A stretch of 64,000 bases of DNA. Source: Roseburia sp. (GTDB lineage Bacteria > Bacillota > Clostridia > Lachnospirales > Lachnospiraceae). Each line of letters opens with the position of its first letter. The stretch's first letter is position 1. Below are positions 39,841-48,964 of the stretch, one piece after another. The stretch lies in assembly GCA_051879395.1 (NCBI GenBank), contig JBJELY010000161.1:7882-71881 (forward strand), given 5' to 3'. The position numbers and the translations under genes were made by a program. Under the pieces are notes generated by a model. The model was not told the origin of the DNA, ran no database searches, and saw only the letters and a program-made list of their open reading frames with translations.

Positions 39841-40251
39841 TTATGCTAAAACTCCGTTATCGATGTCTTTCTTAGCAAGTAAGAATGTTACTAATGGTAC
39901 TACTACTGCGCTAATTAAGGATTTTACAATGTTTCCTGCTGTAAGTGTACCAAGCATATTGTAAGTAATGATGTTAACAACTAATCCGATTACTGCTGCT
40001 GCAACAAGTACGAAAAATCCTGCTTTTTTATGTCCAAATAACATCATAGCAAGACCAACGATTACAACGACTTCTAATACTAAACTAACTACACAAAGTC
40101 CGATGTATCCACCGCCAAGTCCTAATGTAGCTGCTACAGCAGATGCGCCAATAGTTGTTAAGATTGCTAACAGTCCAACGATTACATTAATTACAAAGAT
40201 AATCCATAACCATACTGTTAACCCTGTTGAAAGTTTCTTGTTTTCTTCCAT
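39841..40251 (-). CDS. small 4-TM membrane protein
   Basis: GGAGG RBS; four hydrophobic segments. Confidence 0.8.
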   Translation of the reverse strand: MEENKKLSTGLTVWLWIIFVINVIVGLLAILTTIGASAVAATLGLGGGYIGLCVVSLVLEVVVIVGLAMMLFGHKKAGFFVLVAAAVIGLVVNIITYNMLGTLTAGNIVKSLISAVVVPLVTFLLAKKDIDNGVLA

Positions 40252-40423
40252 AATTCCCTCCTAAATGACATAATTTTTAAACGACCGCTTTAGTATATCA
40301 CAGTATATAAAGATTTCCCAGCAAAAATTCAGAAATATAAAAATTTTATAAACATTTCACAAAATTTTTCATTATTGGTCGCTTTTTTTATACCAGAAGT
40401 GTAATTTTATAGAAATCATACGT

Positions 40424-41092
40424 TTACAACGGCAACATAATTTCCGTTACGAAGACACCCGGTTCATTCTGACGGTTAATATAACCCTGATACTTTTCAA
40501 CCACGAGATTGATTCTTTTCAATCCATGCCCATGGTTTCCTCGCTTTTTAGAAATATACTCCGAATCCAATTTTCGTACTACCTCATTGGTACTGTTGGT
40601 AATCGAGATATAGAGCTGTTGTTTTAATACGCCGATATAGAGCCGGATAAACTGCTTTCCATCTTCCTCTGTCATTTTTTCGCAAGATTCTACTGCATTG
40701 TCGATAAGGTTTCCTATCAGTGCACACAAATCAATATCACTAACCGTAAGTTCGGCAGGACATTTTGCCTTGTAATCTACTTCAATCCCATTCTTGAGCG
40801 CCAATGAGATTTTGGAATTCAAAATGGCATCCAGATTGACATTCCCGGATTCTATCAACTGATTCACCTGATCTAAGTCATCCTCTAACAGTGCCAGATA
40901 TTCCTCTAGCTTCTCATACTGCCCCATTTTCACATAGGCTTTCATGGATTGCAGGTGGTTGTGATAGTCATGACGCCATCCGCGCATGGTCAGATAAATA
41001 TTTTCTACCTCCTGCACCTGCTTTTCCAACAGTTTGTTCTGATATTCCATTGTTTTTTCTTCCAACATCCGTGTTATAATTGGAATTCTCAT
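40424..41092 (-). CDS. GHKL (AgrC-like) histidine kinase, cytoplasmic only
   Basis: RHDYHNH, GNLIDNAVE, HGHGLKRI; no TM. Confidence 0.87.
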   Translation of the reverse strand: MRIPIITRMLEEKTMEYQNKLLEKQVQEVENIYLTMRGWRHDYHNHLQSMKAYVKMGQYEKLEEYLALLEDDLDQVNQLIESGNVNLDAILNSKISLALKNGIEVDYKAKCPAELTVSDIDLCALIGNLIDNAVESCEKMTEEDGKQFIRLYIGVLKQQLYISITNSTNEVVRKLDSEYISKKRGNHGHGLKRINLVVEKYQGYINRQNEPGVFVTEIMLPL

Positions 41093-41164
41093 ATGTTACT
41101 TCCTTTTACCTCAAATTTATTCCCGATTTCGAATTATTTTTCCCGATTCCGCGATTTACCGAAT

Positions 41165-41905
41165 TTAATATGTATAAAATACAATAAAAGCCTGGTTTAC
41201 AGCTCCATAAGAATTTCTGCTAACCGGTATACTACTGCCATCCGATAACTTACATTCTGTACGCATGACCCGTTCCACATGCCGTAGATTCACCAAGTAA
41301 CTGCGGTGTGTACTGACAAATTCCTTTCGTCCGTCTGTAGCAGACATAATTTCCTGTTCTAATTCGGAAAGGCTCTTCTTTATCTGAATAGCCATACCCT
41401 CGGCACTTCTGTCTTGTTCCATAACATGAATGCAGGTATAATGTCCACTAACCTCCAGATACAAAATCGAATCTAGCGCAATCTTTACCATTTCGCCTTC
41501 TATATTTTCAATTAAATACCGCTTATCTTCTTTTCCAGCGGAATTTATTTCATCTAAAAGTGGAAACAGTTTTTCCTCTGAAATGGGTTTTAACAGATAG
41601 CGGAACGCGTTGACCTCATAGCCTTCAAATACGTATTCCTTCCGGTTCGTCAAAAAAAGAATCGGCAGTTCGTCTCCTTTTTCCCGAATTTTGTGGGCTA
41701 ATTCCATCCCACTCATTCCCTTCATATCAATGTCGAGAATCAAAAGGTCAAAGGGATACTGTTCTCCCTGTTCAAACAATAATTCTTCCGCACTCCGATA
41801 GGATAAAAACTGCAGTGGCACCCCTTTTTCTGCGGCCCACTGCTCGGCTAACTTTCTGATATATTCAATTTGGATTTCTTCATCCTCACAATAGGCAAGA
41901 TACAT
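41165..41905 (-). CDS. LytTR family response regulator
   Basis: CEDE, LDIDM, GYEVNAFRYLLKP, HRSYLVN, IPVSR. Confidence 0.93.
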   Translation of the reverse strand: MYLAYCEDEEIQIEYIRKLAEQWAAEKGVPLQFLSYRSAEELLFEQGEQYPFDLLILDIDMKGMSGMELAHKIREKGDELPILFLTNRKEYVFEGYEVNAFRYLLKPISEEKLFPLLDEINSAGKEDKRYLIENIEGEMVKIALDSILYLEVSGHYTCIHVMEQDRSAEGMAIQIKKSLSELEQEIMSATDGRKEFVSTHRSYLVNLRHVERVMRTECKLSDGSSIPVSRNSYGAVNQAFIVFYTY

Positions 41906-41940
41906 GATTACACTCCATTTTTCAAAATTGCCTTTGCTTT

Positions 41941-42876
41941 CTACCACTCTTCTTCCGGTATCAGTCGAAAAACTGCTGCATTGGCATAGGTCATATCTTC
42001 ATCATGCATAAAGGATATCGTGCCATAAAAAGGTGCTACTACCTGGCTTTTTACGGTTCCGAAATATGGGTCGATAATTTCTGCTAAAACCTGCCCCTGC
42101 TGTACGGTATCTCCCACATTCACTTTTCCCTCAAAAAAACCTGAGTTTTTTGCACGAATCGGCACCATTCCGCCGCTTTCTACTACTTTTGAAATATAAC
42201 CTTCCGTTCCATGATAGCAGATGACTCCCTGCTTTGCAAGGAATTGCAAAATGGCTTCTACCGCCTGGTGCGCACTTTTTTTATCGACTTTTGCGGTGTT
42301 GGTCGTGTAAATGGAGAATGCTTTTGTCTCCCAGATTTGCCAGTTATAATTCAACGTAGCTGTATCAAAAGGCCGTGGTGTGTGAAGTACTACATAAGGA
42401 AGTCCGAATTGTTTTGCAAGCTCCACATCCTCATAACCTGTCTTCATCATGCGGACATGTGGCAAAAATGCTCCCGGCCGGTAAAAGCTGGCAAACTGAA
42501 TTCCATATTGGAAATCTTTTATCTGCTCAAAAAGCCCTCCGGCAATCCGCTGCGTCGTTTCTCCTTCTGCATAGCCCGGAAACATTCGGTTAATATCTGT
42601 ATTATCCACCGTCCAAAATCTCTTTTTCACATTCATAGAATATGGATTTGCACACGGCACAACAAGAATTTCTTTTCCCGGAAGAATACGTCCCTTTCCT
42701 TCTAATTCTGTCAGTTTCCGCATCAAAAGCGAACAGCAGTAGAGCTGCTGGTACTCATTTCCACGCATACTGCCCACGATACAAGCAGTCTTTTCCCCAC
42801 TTCCAAAGGAAAATCCCCGAATCCTGAAATCATCCCGGTATAATCCCTTTATTTCATATAAAATCTTTTCCTGCAT
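41941..42876 (-). CDS. M14/AstE-AspA-like protein, probably catalytically dead
   Basis: DINRMFPG retained, but HGxE is RGNE and DIHA is QFAS; C-terminal biotinyl-like domain. Confidence 0.8.
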   Translation of the reverse strand: MQEKILYEIKGLYRDDFRIRGFSFGSGEKTACIVGSMRGNEYQQLYCCSLLMRKLTELEGKGRILPGKEILVVPCANPYSMNVKKRFWTVDNTDINRMFPGYAEGETTQRIAGGLFEQIKDFQYGIQFASFYRPGAFLPHVRMMKTGYEDVELAKQFGLPYVVLHTPRPFDTATLNYNWQIWETKAFSIYTTNTAKVDKKSAHQAVEAILQFLAKQGVICYHGTEGYISKVVESGGMVPIRAKNSGFFEGKVNVGDTVQQGQVLAEIIDPYFGTVKSQVVAPFYGTISFMHDEDMTYANAAVFRLIPEEEW

Positions 42877-42904
42877 TTTCTAATCCCTCTCTTTTTCATC
42901 ACCC

Positions 42905-42980
42905 ACAAGCGTTCAGGTGCTTTTCTCCCTTGCGCAGATGTGGCTTTCTTCCGTGAGCAACAAGCGTTCAGGCGCTTTTC
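42905..42980. repeat. 21-bp direct repeat, 55-bp period
   Basis: ACAAGCGTTCAGG(T/C)GCTTTTC at 42905 and 42960; the second copy spans the stop of the upstream gene. Confidence 0.75.
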
Positions 42981-43927
42981 ATTCCACCATCTTCCGTCAG
43001 AATCCTTCCCATCAGGGAACCTTCGTCCACCACCGGATACTCCCGAATTGTAAAAAGCCAGCCGGACACCGGCGCTGTCACCTTACAAAGCAGTTCTCCC
43101 TTTAGCGGATCTATGATGGAACCTATCTGGTCTCCTTTTTTTACTTTTGTCCCATGTTCCATTTCCTTAATAAAAATTCCGGTCATTGGAGCATTTAAAA
43201 AGCTGACTTCCTCCGGCCGCTCTGAAATAACCGGCTCCCGTACTGCTTCTGTTTCTCCAGCCCAGATTCCAAGTTCCTTCATCAAACGGAAAATTCCTGT
43301 TACAATCTGCTGTCCGTATTCTTTTGTGACACGCATCCCGACACCTATTTCCTCTACCAGCGTAGGTGTATTCCTGCTGTTTAAACTGTGCGCGAGTGTT
43401 GCCTCCAGCACCGTACTTGCTCCATGTACCCAGATAAAATCCACATTGGCAAGCTTTGCATAAGGAAGCAGTTTATCTCGGTGCAGTTCATTAATACGAA
43501 TCTGCGGAATCTCTGTCAAATAAATATTGCTCGCATGAATATCAATACAAAGGTCGGACCCCTCCAGATCTTTTATGATTTCTGCTGCCACATATTCGTA
43601 CATATCGCCGTCTCTTCTTCCCGGAAAAATCCGGTTCATGTCCAGGTCAAATGCCGGAATTCCACGATTTACCGTATCAATTCCAAACGGATTCAATGCC
43701 GGATAAATATCTACAATTCCGCTCAACAGCTCCGGATGTTCCTTGATTCTCCGTCCTACTTCATAACAAATATACTGTCCTTCTAACTCATCTCCATGAA
43801 TGCCGGTTACAATACTCAATCTTTTATAGTTATTTTTTTCCGCGCTTTCTGGCATATAGCGATGTTTTTTTATCTCCAGAACCTCATCAACAGGAAGTTC
43901 TACCCTTGCAACACACTCAATCATCAT
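42968..43927 (-). CDS. succinylglutamate desuccinylase/aspartoacylase (M14) family Zn hydrolase
   Basis: TGIHGDELEG, DMNRIFPG, DIHAS, TLVEEIG; C-terminal biotinyl-like domain. Confidence 0.88.
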   Translation of the reverse strand: MMIECVARVELPVDEVLEIKKHRYMPESAEKNNYKRLSIVTGIHGDELEGQYICYEVGRRIKEHPELLSGIVDIYPALNPFGIDTVNRGIPAFDLDMNRIFPGRRDGDMYEYVAAEIIKDLEGSDLCIDIHASNIYLTEIPQIRINELHRDKLLPYAKLANVDFIWVHGASTVLEATLAHSLNSRNTPTLVEEIGVGMRVTKEYGQQIVTGIFRLMKELGIWAGETEAVREPVISERPEEVSFLNAPMTGIFIKEMEHGTKVKKGDQIGSIIDPLKGELLCKVTAPVSGWLFTIREYPVVDEGSLMGRILTEDGGMKSA

Positions 43928-43949
43928 CCACCTTAGTTCCCTTTCTTTT

Positions 43950-44741
43950 TTATTCCTTCAGCTCGGATACTACTACCCGAATATCCTGTGTCTGACTTGT
44001 CATCCCCGTAAAAAATCCCTGATTTATCGTACAATCTTTATAATCTCTTCCATTTGAAATCTTAATATGATTTTCCCCTACCACAACATGATTCGTCGGA
44101 TCAAACCCATACCAGTTTCCATCCTGGTAAACCTCGACCCAGGCATGGCTCAATCCTTCTCCAATCAAAAGTCCAACCACATACCTGCACGGAATGTGTT
44201 CCATACGACACAACGACAACATAATATGTGCATAATCCTGACAAACACCTTTTCCAAGCCTCATTGCCTCTTCAGCCGATGTTCCGACTCCCGTCACGCC
44301 TTGGACATAAGAAATCTTTTCATATATTTTATCCATAATATGTTCTGCTTTTTCAAAATTGGACTGCTCGCTTTCAAACAAAAGTTCCTCATGAAATGCT
44401 CGTAGACATTCTCCCGGCACCGTACACTTTGTCTGATATTTATAAACACCTGCATGTGTCTCGTCACATCCTTTTTCATGATTACAGATTCCCGCCTTTG
44501 CCTTTCCTGTAACCTTTATAGAAAAATGGTCATGTTTTCCTGCCGAATACCCATAGATACACGAATTTCCAAAGGAATCCTCGTCCATGCTCAAAAATTC
44601 CTTTGGAAAAATATCAAGTTCTAAATTTTGAATCTGCTGCCTCTCACTCGAGACAGGCATACATTTTATGGTAAAACGGTGTTTTTCAATCGGCGGTTCA
44701 AATCTTAAATTCATTTCATAGGAAAATTCTAACTCCTTCAT
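43950..44741 (-). CDS. transglutaminase-like protein
   Basis: GVCQDYAH, HAWVEV, GFDPTN triad; GRDY. Confidence 0.93.
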   Translation of the reverse strand: MKELEFSYEMNLRFEPPIEKHRFTIKCMPVSSERQQIQNLELDIFPKEFLSMDEDSFGNSCIYGYSAGKHDHFSIKVTGKAKAGICNHEKGCDETHAGVYKYQTKCTVPGECLRAFHEELLFESEQSNFEKAEHIMDKIYEKISYVQGVTGVGTSAEEAMRLGKGVCQDYAHIMLSLCRMEHIPCRYVVGLLIGEGLSHAWVEVYQDGNWYGFDPTNHVVVGENHIKISNGRDYKDCTINQGFFTGMTSQTQDIRVVVSELKE

Positions 44742-44762
44742 AACCTAACCTCGCCTTTTCCC

Positions 44763-45431
44763 TTATACAGTCAGTAAACTTTCCACCTCTCTCACAATTC
44801 CAAAATAATCTAGCTCTTCTTCTTCTACCATCTGGTTCAACCGCTCTATATTGTCTTTTCGGTAAGAAAGACAGGTTCTTGGAATTCTGCCACTCAAGCG
44901 GTGTACTTCCCGAGCAATCGCCTCACGGGATCTGTGAAGCCTGCCCAGCAAATCAATGCGTTCCACTCTTTTTCCTACCTTAATAATATTTCTAACATTT
45001 TCACACTCTATGATGTCATCCGTCACACCCCAAAATGCCCAAATATCATCCACTGTTCTCTGTAATTCAATAATCGGTGCTTCCGAACTCTTTGCCCGGC
45101 TCATCTCGTAAATCGCAAGCTGTACGTATGACAACGACTCACTTCCAATCTCTTCCCGCAGAACAATGGCATTGTCATAGGCACGCTGCAGATTCAGAAA
45201 TATGGAGTTTGGATCATTCTCATCAAAACAGTACCGCTCACAAAAGTCCTCCTGTGAACTGTAAATGTTCGGAATCTCCAAAATTTCACAAAAACGCTCA
45301 TATTCTGTTTCACTCGAGTCAATCATCGTATCGTAACTGGTTGCAAACAGCTTTGTCGTGAAACAAACTCTTTCTAAATATCTTCCTAACCAGAATAACC
45401 GGTCTGTATTTTCTACTGAGATAATACCCAT
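44763..45431 (-). CDS. Alpha-E domain protein
   Basis: LFWLGRYLER, NPNSI...AYDNA..LRE.I, GKRVERID. Confidence 0.9.
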   Translation of the reverse strand: MGIISVENTDRLFWLGRYLERVCFTTKLFATSYDTMIDSSETEYERFCEILEIPNIYSSQEDFCERYCFDENDPNSIFLNLQRAYDNAIVLREEIGSESLSYVQLAIYEMSRAKSSEAPIIELQRTVDDIWAFWGVTDDIIECENVRNIIKVGKRVERIDLLGRLHRSREAIAREVHRLSGRIPRTCLSYRKDNIERLNQMVEEEELDYFGIVREVESLLTV

Positions 45432-46732
45432 GTGTCTTTAAATCCCCCTCCCTGTGATGAATTCACGATGAAAGAATCCGGATTTCTGGAAAAACGGGTC
45501 AATCCACTCTTCCATACCATCGGTTCGTCTGCCATCAATACAAATGCCCGCAAATCGGCTTTTCTTGGCACCATCACATCACCTTCTAAAATATCGATAT
45601 CTAAGAAATCGATAACGTCCTGCGCAATAAATCTGCGTGGTTCTTTTTTCAGTAAAACAAGAAAATCTTCTTTTTCCTGTTTTGTCATCTTTTCTGCAAA
45701 AACAACACCATAACCGCCAGCTTCTGCCACGTCTTTAAGCACTAAGTGGTCAAAATGTTCCAAAACGTAGTTCATATCCTCTTCATAGAACGGAAGATAG
45801 GTCGGTGCATTGCGAAGAACCGGCTCCTCTCCCAGATAATACCGAATCATCTTCGGCACAAAATAGTAAATTCCCTTGTCATCTGCCACACCATTTCCCG
45901 GTGCATTTAACAGTGCAACATTTCCTTTTCGGTAAATATCAAAAATATGCGGAATTCCAATCAGGGACTCTTCTTTAAAGCTCATTGGATCCAGATATTC
46001 ATCAGAGATTCTGCGGTAGACTGCTCCGACTTTTTCTTTTTTTCCGGAGTAATCTATGAAGTATAAGTGGTCATTCTCCACAATCAATTCATTTCCGGTC
46101 GCTAAATGGGCTCCGGTCTGCTCTGCAAGATAGGAGTGTTCAAAATACGCTGCATTGTAACGCCCCGGTGATAAAATAACAGTATGACCGCCTGTATTGA
46201 CATAATCCATCGTCTTACGCAATAATTTTGCATAATTACGGTTATCTTCAATTCGAACTTTTCCAAATGTCTTCGGACTGCTGCGTCTGCACAAATCACG
46301 CGCAATCATTGGATAGGAGGCCCCAGAAGGAACACGAAGATTGTCTTCCAAAATGTACCAGTTTCCGTCTTTTCCCTGCACTAAATCAATTCCTGCAATA
46401 TGGGTATAGACACCTTTTGATGGCGTTACACCCTCACACTGTGCTAAGTATCCACTGGACGCATAAACAAATTCTTCCGGAACTACCTTATCTTTTACAA
46501 TCTTCTTTTCCCCGTAGATGTCCTTAATAAAAAGATTCAGTGCCATCACACGCTGTTTCAAGCCTTTTTCCAGATAATCGAATTCCCCTTTTCCAATCAC
46601 ACGTGGGATTGCATCAAATGGGAATAACTGTTCTTTGAATTCATTGTTTTTATAAAGTCCAAATTTCACACCGTAACGCGCCAGTAATTCATTTACTGTA
46701 TCAGTATGGCGAAATAAATCCAATTCCTTCAT
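45413..46732 (-). CDS. circularly permuted type 2 ATP-grasp protein
   Basis: PFDAIPR, GIDLV, EDNLRVPSGASY, NAPGNGVADDK, GGYG, NSSQGGGFKDTWV; start refined to MKELDL. Confidence 0.92.
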   Translation of the reverse strand: MKELDLFRHTDTVNELLARYGVKFGLYKNNEFKEQLFPFDAIPRVIGKGEFDYLEKGLKQRVMALNLFIKDIYGEKKIVKDKVVPEEFVYASSGYLAQCEGVTPSKGVYTHIAGIDLVQGKDGNWYILEDNLRVPSGASYPMIARDLCRRSSPKTFGKVRIEDNRNYAKLLRKTMDYVNTGGHTVILSPGRYNAAYFEHSYLAEQTGAHLATGNELIVENDHLYFIDYSGKKEKVGAVYRRISDEYLDPMSFKEESLIGIPHIFDIYRKGNVALLNAPGNGVADDKGIYYFVPKMIRYYLGEEPVLRNAPTYLPFYEEDMNYVLEHFDHLVLKDVAEAGGYGVVFAEKMTKQEKEDFLVLLKKEPRRFIAQDVIDFLDIDILEGDVMVPRKADLRAFVLMADEPMVWKSGLTRFSRNPDSFIVNSSQGGGFKDTWVLSQ

Positions 46733-46759
46733 AACAGGTCCCTCCTCTTTCTTGTAATA

Positions 46760-46797
46760 CAAAAAGGCGCTTTGCTTTCGCAAAACGCCTTTGTTTT
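46760..46797 (-). promoter_or_regulatory. leader terminator overlapped by an ANTAR-like hairpin
   Basis: AAAAC-AAAGGC-GTTTT hexaloop hairpin overlaps the 5' arm of AAAGGCGTTTTGC-GAAA-GCAAAGCGCCTTTTT; TTGACT...TAGAAT promoter just upstream. Confidence 0.55.
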
Positions 46798-46922
46798 TTG
46801 TTATTCTACTACTTTTCATAAAATAAAGTCAACCGCTTTATCCATTTAAAGTGTCAAACACCAAAACTTTGTTTTCTTTTGTCAAATTTTGTCGCACAAT
46901 TTACTTCTTTTTGTGCATATTT

Positions 46923-48920
46923 TTAGCAAATTTCTGCTCCACTTGGCATTTTCTTTTCCGGAGTCATCAATGCAAGGTTGCCTTCTGCATCTTCTGCACA
47001 AAGTAACATTCCTTCGGAAAGAACACCTGCTAATTTAGCTGGTTTTAAGTTCACTAATACCATAACTTTCTTGCCAACCATCTCTTCCGGTGTGTAATAT
47101 TTACGGATACCGGATACAATCTGTTTTACCTGAGAACCGATTTTTACCTGAGAGCAAAGTAGTTTTTTGGACTTCTCAACTGCTTCACAGGCGATGATTT
47201 CACCAACCTGGAACTGCATTTTCATAAAGTCGTCGTATTCGATTTCTGCTTTTGGCTCAATGTCAATTCCTTCTTCTTCCTCTGCGTTCTCTTCCGGAAG
47301 TTCGCCAAGTGCTCTCTGCTCTGCTTCAAATTCTGCTTTCTGTGCTTCCTGAATTGCATCAATCTTTGGCTGAACTTCTTTCATATCAAGACGTGCAAAT
47401 AAAATCTCCGGTGCATCTGTCACTTTTTCTCCGTTTGCACGAAGTCCGAACTTATCTAAATCTTCAAAGCCACGAAGCTCTGTGTGAAGCTGTGCTACGA
47501 TTTTTTCTGCTGTCTCCGGCAGGAAGCTATGAAGTAAGCTTGCACCGATTGTAATGGATTCTACTAAGTTATACATTACTTCGCTCAAACGTGGAAGGCT
47601 TGCTTCATCTTTTGCAAGTACCCAAGGAGTTGTCTCATCGATGTATTTATTGCAACGACGGAATAATGCAAATACTTCAGAAATCGCATCTGCTACACGA
47701 AGATCCTTCATTTTTGCAGCGACTTTGTCTCTGGTTCCTGTCACAACAGCCTTCAAGTCTTCGTCCATTTCATCTGTCACACCAGTAGAGGTTACTACTC
47801 CGTCAAAATACTTATTGCTCATGGAAATCGTTCTGTTTACTAAGTTTCCTAATACGTTTGCAAGATCAGAATTAAAACGCTCTACGACCAGCTCCCATGT
47901 AATGATTCCATCATTTTCAAATGGCATTTCATGTAATACAAAGTAACGTGTTGCGTCTACTCCAAATAAATCTACCATATCGTCTGCGTAGATTACGTTT
48001 CCTTTGGATTTACTCATCTTATCACCGCCCTGTAAAAGCCATGGATGACCAAATACCTGCTTTGGTAACGGCAAATCTAATGCCATCAGGAAAATCGGCC
48101 AGTAAATAGTATGGAAACGAACGATATCTTTTCCAATTAAATGCAAGTCTGCTGGCCAGTTTTTGTTGAACAATTCGGAAGAATTGCCATCTGCATCATA
48201 ACCGATTTTGGTAATGTAGTTGGTAAGTGCATCTAACCATACATAAACGACATGTTTTGGATCGAAGTCTACCGGAATTCCCCAACTAAAGGAGGTTCTG
48301 GATACACAAAGGTCCTGAAGTCCCGGTAACAAAAAGTTATTCATCATCTCGTTTTTACGAGAAACCGGCTGAATAAATTCCGGATGTGTGTTAATATGCT
48401 CAATCAAGCGATCTGCGTATTTACTCATTTTGAAAAAATATGCTTCCTCTTTTGCCGGCTGCACTTCACGTCCACAGTCCGGACATTTGCCATCTACTAA
48501 CTGGGATTCTGTCCAGAAAGACTCACATGGTGTACAGTACATACCTTCGTAAGCCCCTTTATAGATATCACCCTGATCATATAATTTCTTGAAAATCTTT
48601 TTCACCTGTTTTTCATGGTCTTCATCTGTTGTACGGACAAAATTATCATAGGATGTGTTCATTAAATCCCAGATTCTTTTTACTTCGCCTGCCACGTTAT
48701 CTACATATTCTTTTGGTGTAATGCCGGCTTTTTCTGCTTTTTCCTGAATCTTCTGACCGTGCTCGTCTGTTCCGGTCTGCAGATAAACATCATATCCCTC
48801 TAATCTTTTGTATCTTGCGATTGCATCTGCAAGTACGATTTCATAAGTGTTTCCGATGTGCGGTTTGCCTGATGTGTAAGCAATCGCTGTTGTCATATAG
48901 AATTTTTCTTTGTTGCTCAT
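46923..48920 (-). CDS. metG: methionyl-tRNA synthetase
   Basis: PHIGN, Zn knuckle CTPC..CPDC, KMSKS, C-terminal tRNA-binding OB domain. Confidence 0.98.
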   Translation of the reverse strand: MSNKEKFYMTTAIAYTSGKPHIGNTYEIVLADAIARYKRLEGYDVYLQTGTDEHGQKIQEKAEKAGITPKEYVDNVAGEVKRIWDLMNTSYDNFVRTTDEDHEKQVKKIFKKLYDQGDIYKGAYEGMYCTPCESFWTESQLVDGKCPDCGREVQPAKEEAYFFKMSKYADRLIEHINTHPEFIQPVSRKNEMMNNFLLPGLQDLCVSRTSFSWGIPVDFDPKHVVYVWLDALTNYITKIGYDADGNSSELFNKNWPADLHLIGKDIVRFHTIYWPIFLMALDLPLPKQVFGHPWLLQGGDKMSKSKGNVIYADDMVDLFGVDATRYFVLHEMPFENDGIITWELVVERFNSDLANVLGNLVNRTISMSNKYFDGVVTSTGVTDEMDEDLKAVVTGTRDKVAAKMKDLRVADAISEVFALFRRCNKYIDETTPWVLAKDEASLPRLSEVMYNLVESITIGASLLHSFLPETAEKIVAQLHTELRGFEDLDKFGLRANGEKVTDAPEILFARLDMKEVQPKIDAIQEAQKAEFEAEQRALGELPEENAEEEEGIDIEPKAEIEYDDFMKMQFQVGEIIACEAVEKSKKLLCSQVKIGSQVKQIVSGIRKYYTPEEMVGKKVMVLVNLKPAKLAGVLSEGMLLCAEDAEGNLALMTPEKKMPSGAEIC

Positions 48921-48964
48921 TTTATTACCTTGCCTTTCTTATTTTACCTTTTTATTCATCAATG

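Noticed and set aside
41118-41160. Short TTCCCGATT repeats between the LytTR and kinase genes
   Set aside because: Too short and irregular to tell from chance
42905-42980. Mini-CRISPR (repeat, 34-bp spacer, repeat)
   Set aside because: Only two 21-bp copies, one overlapping a coding stop; no leader or cas genes
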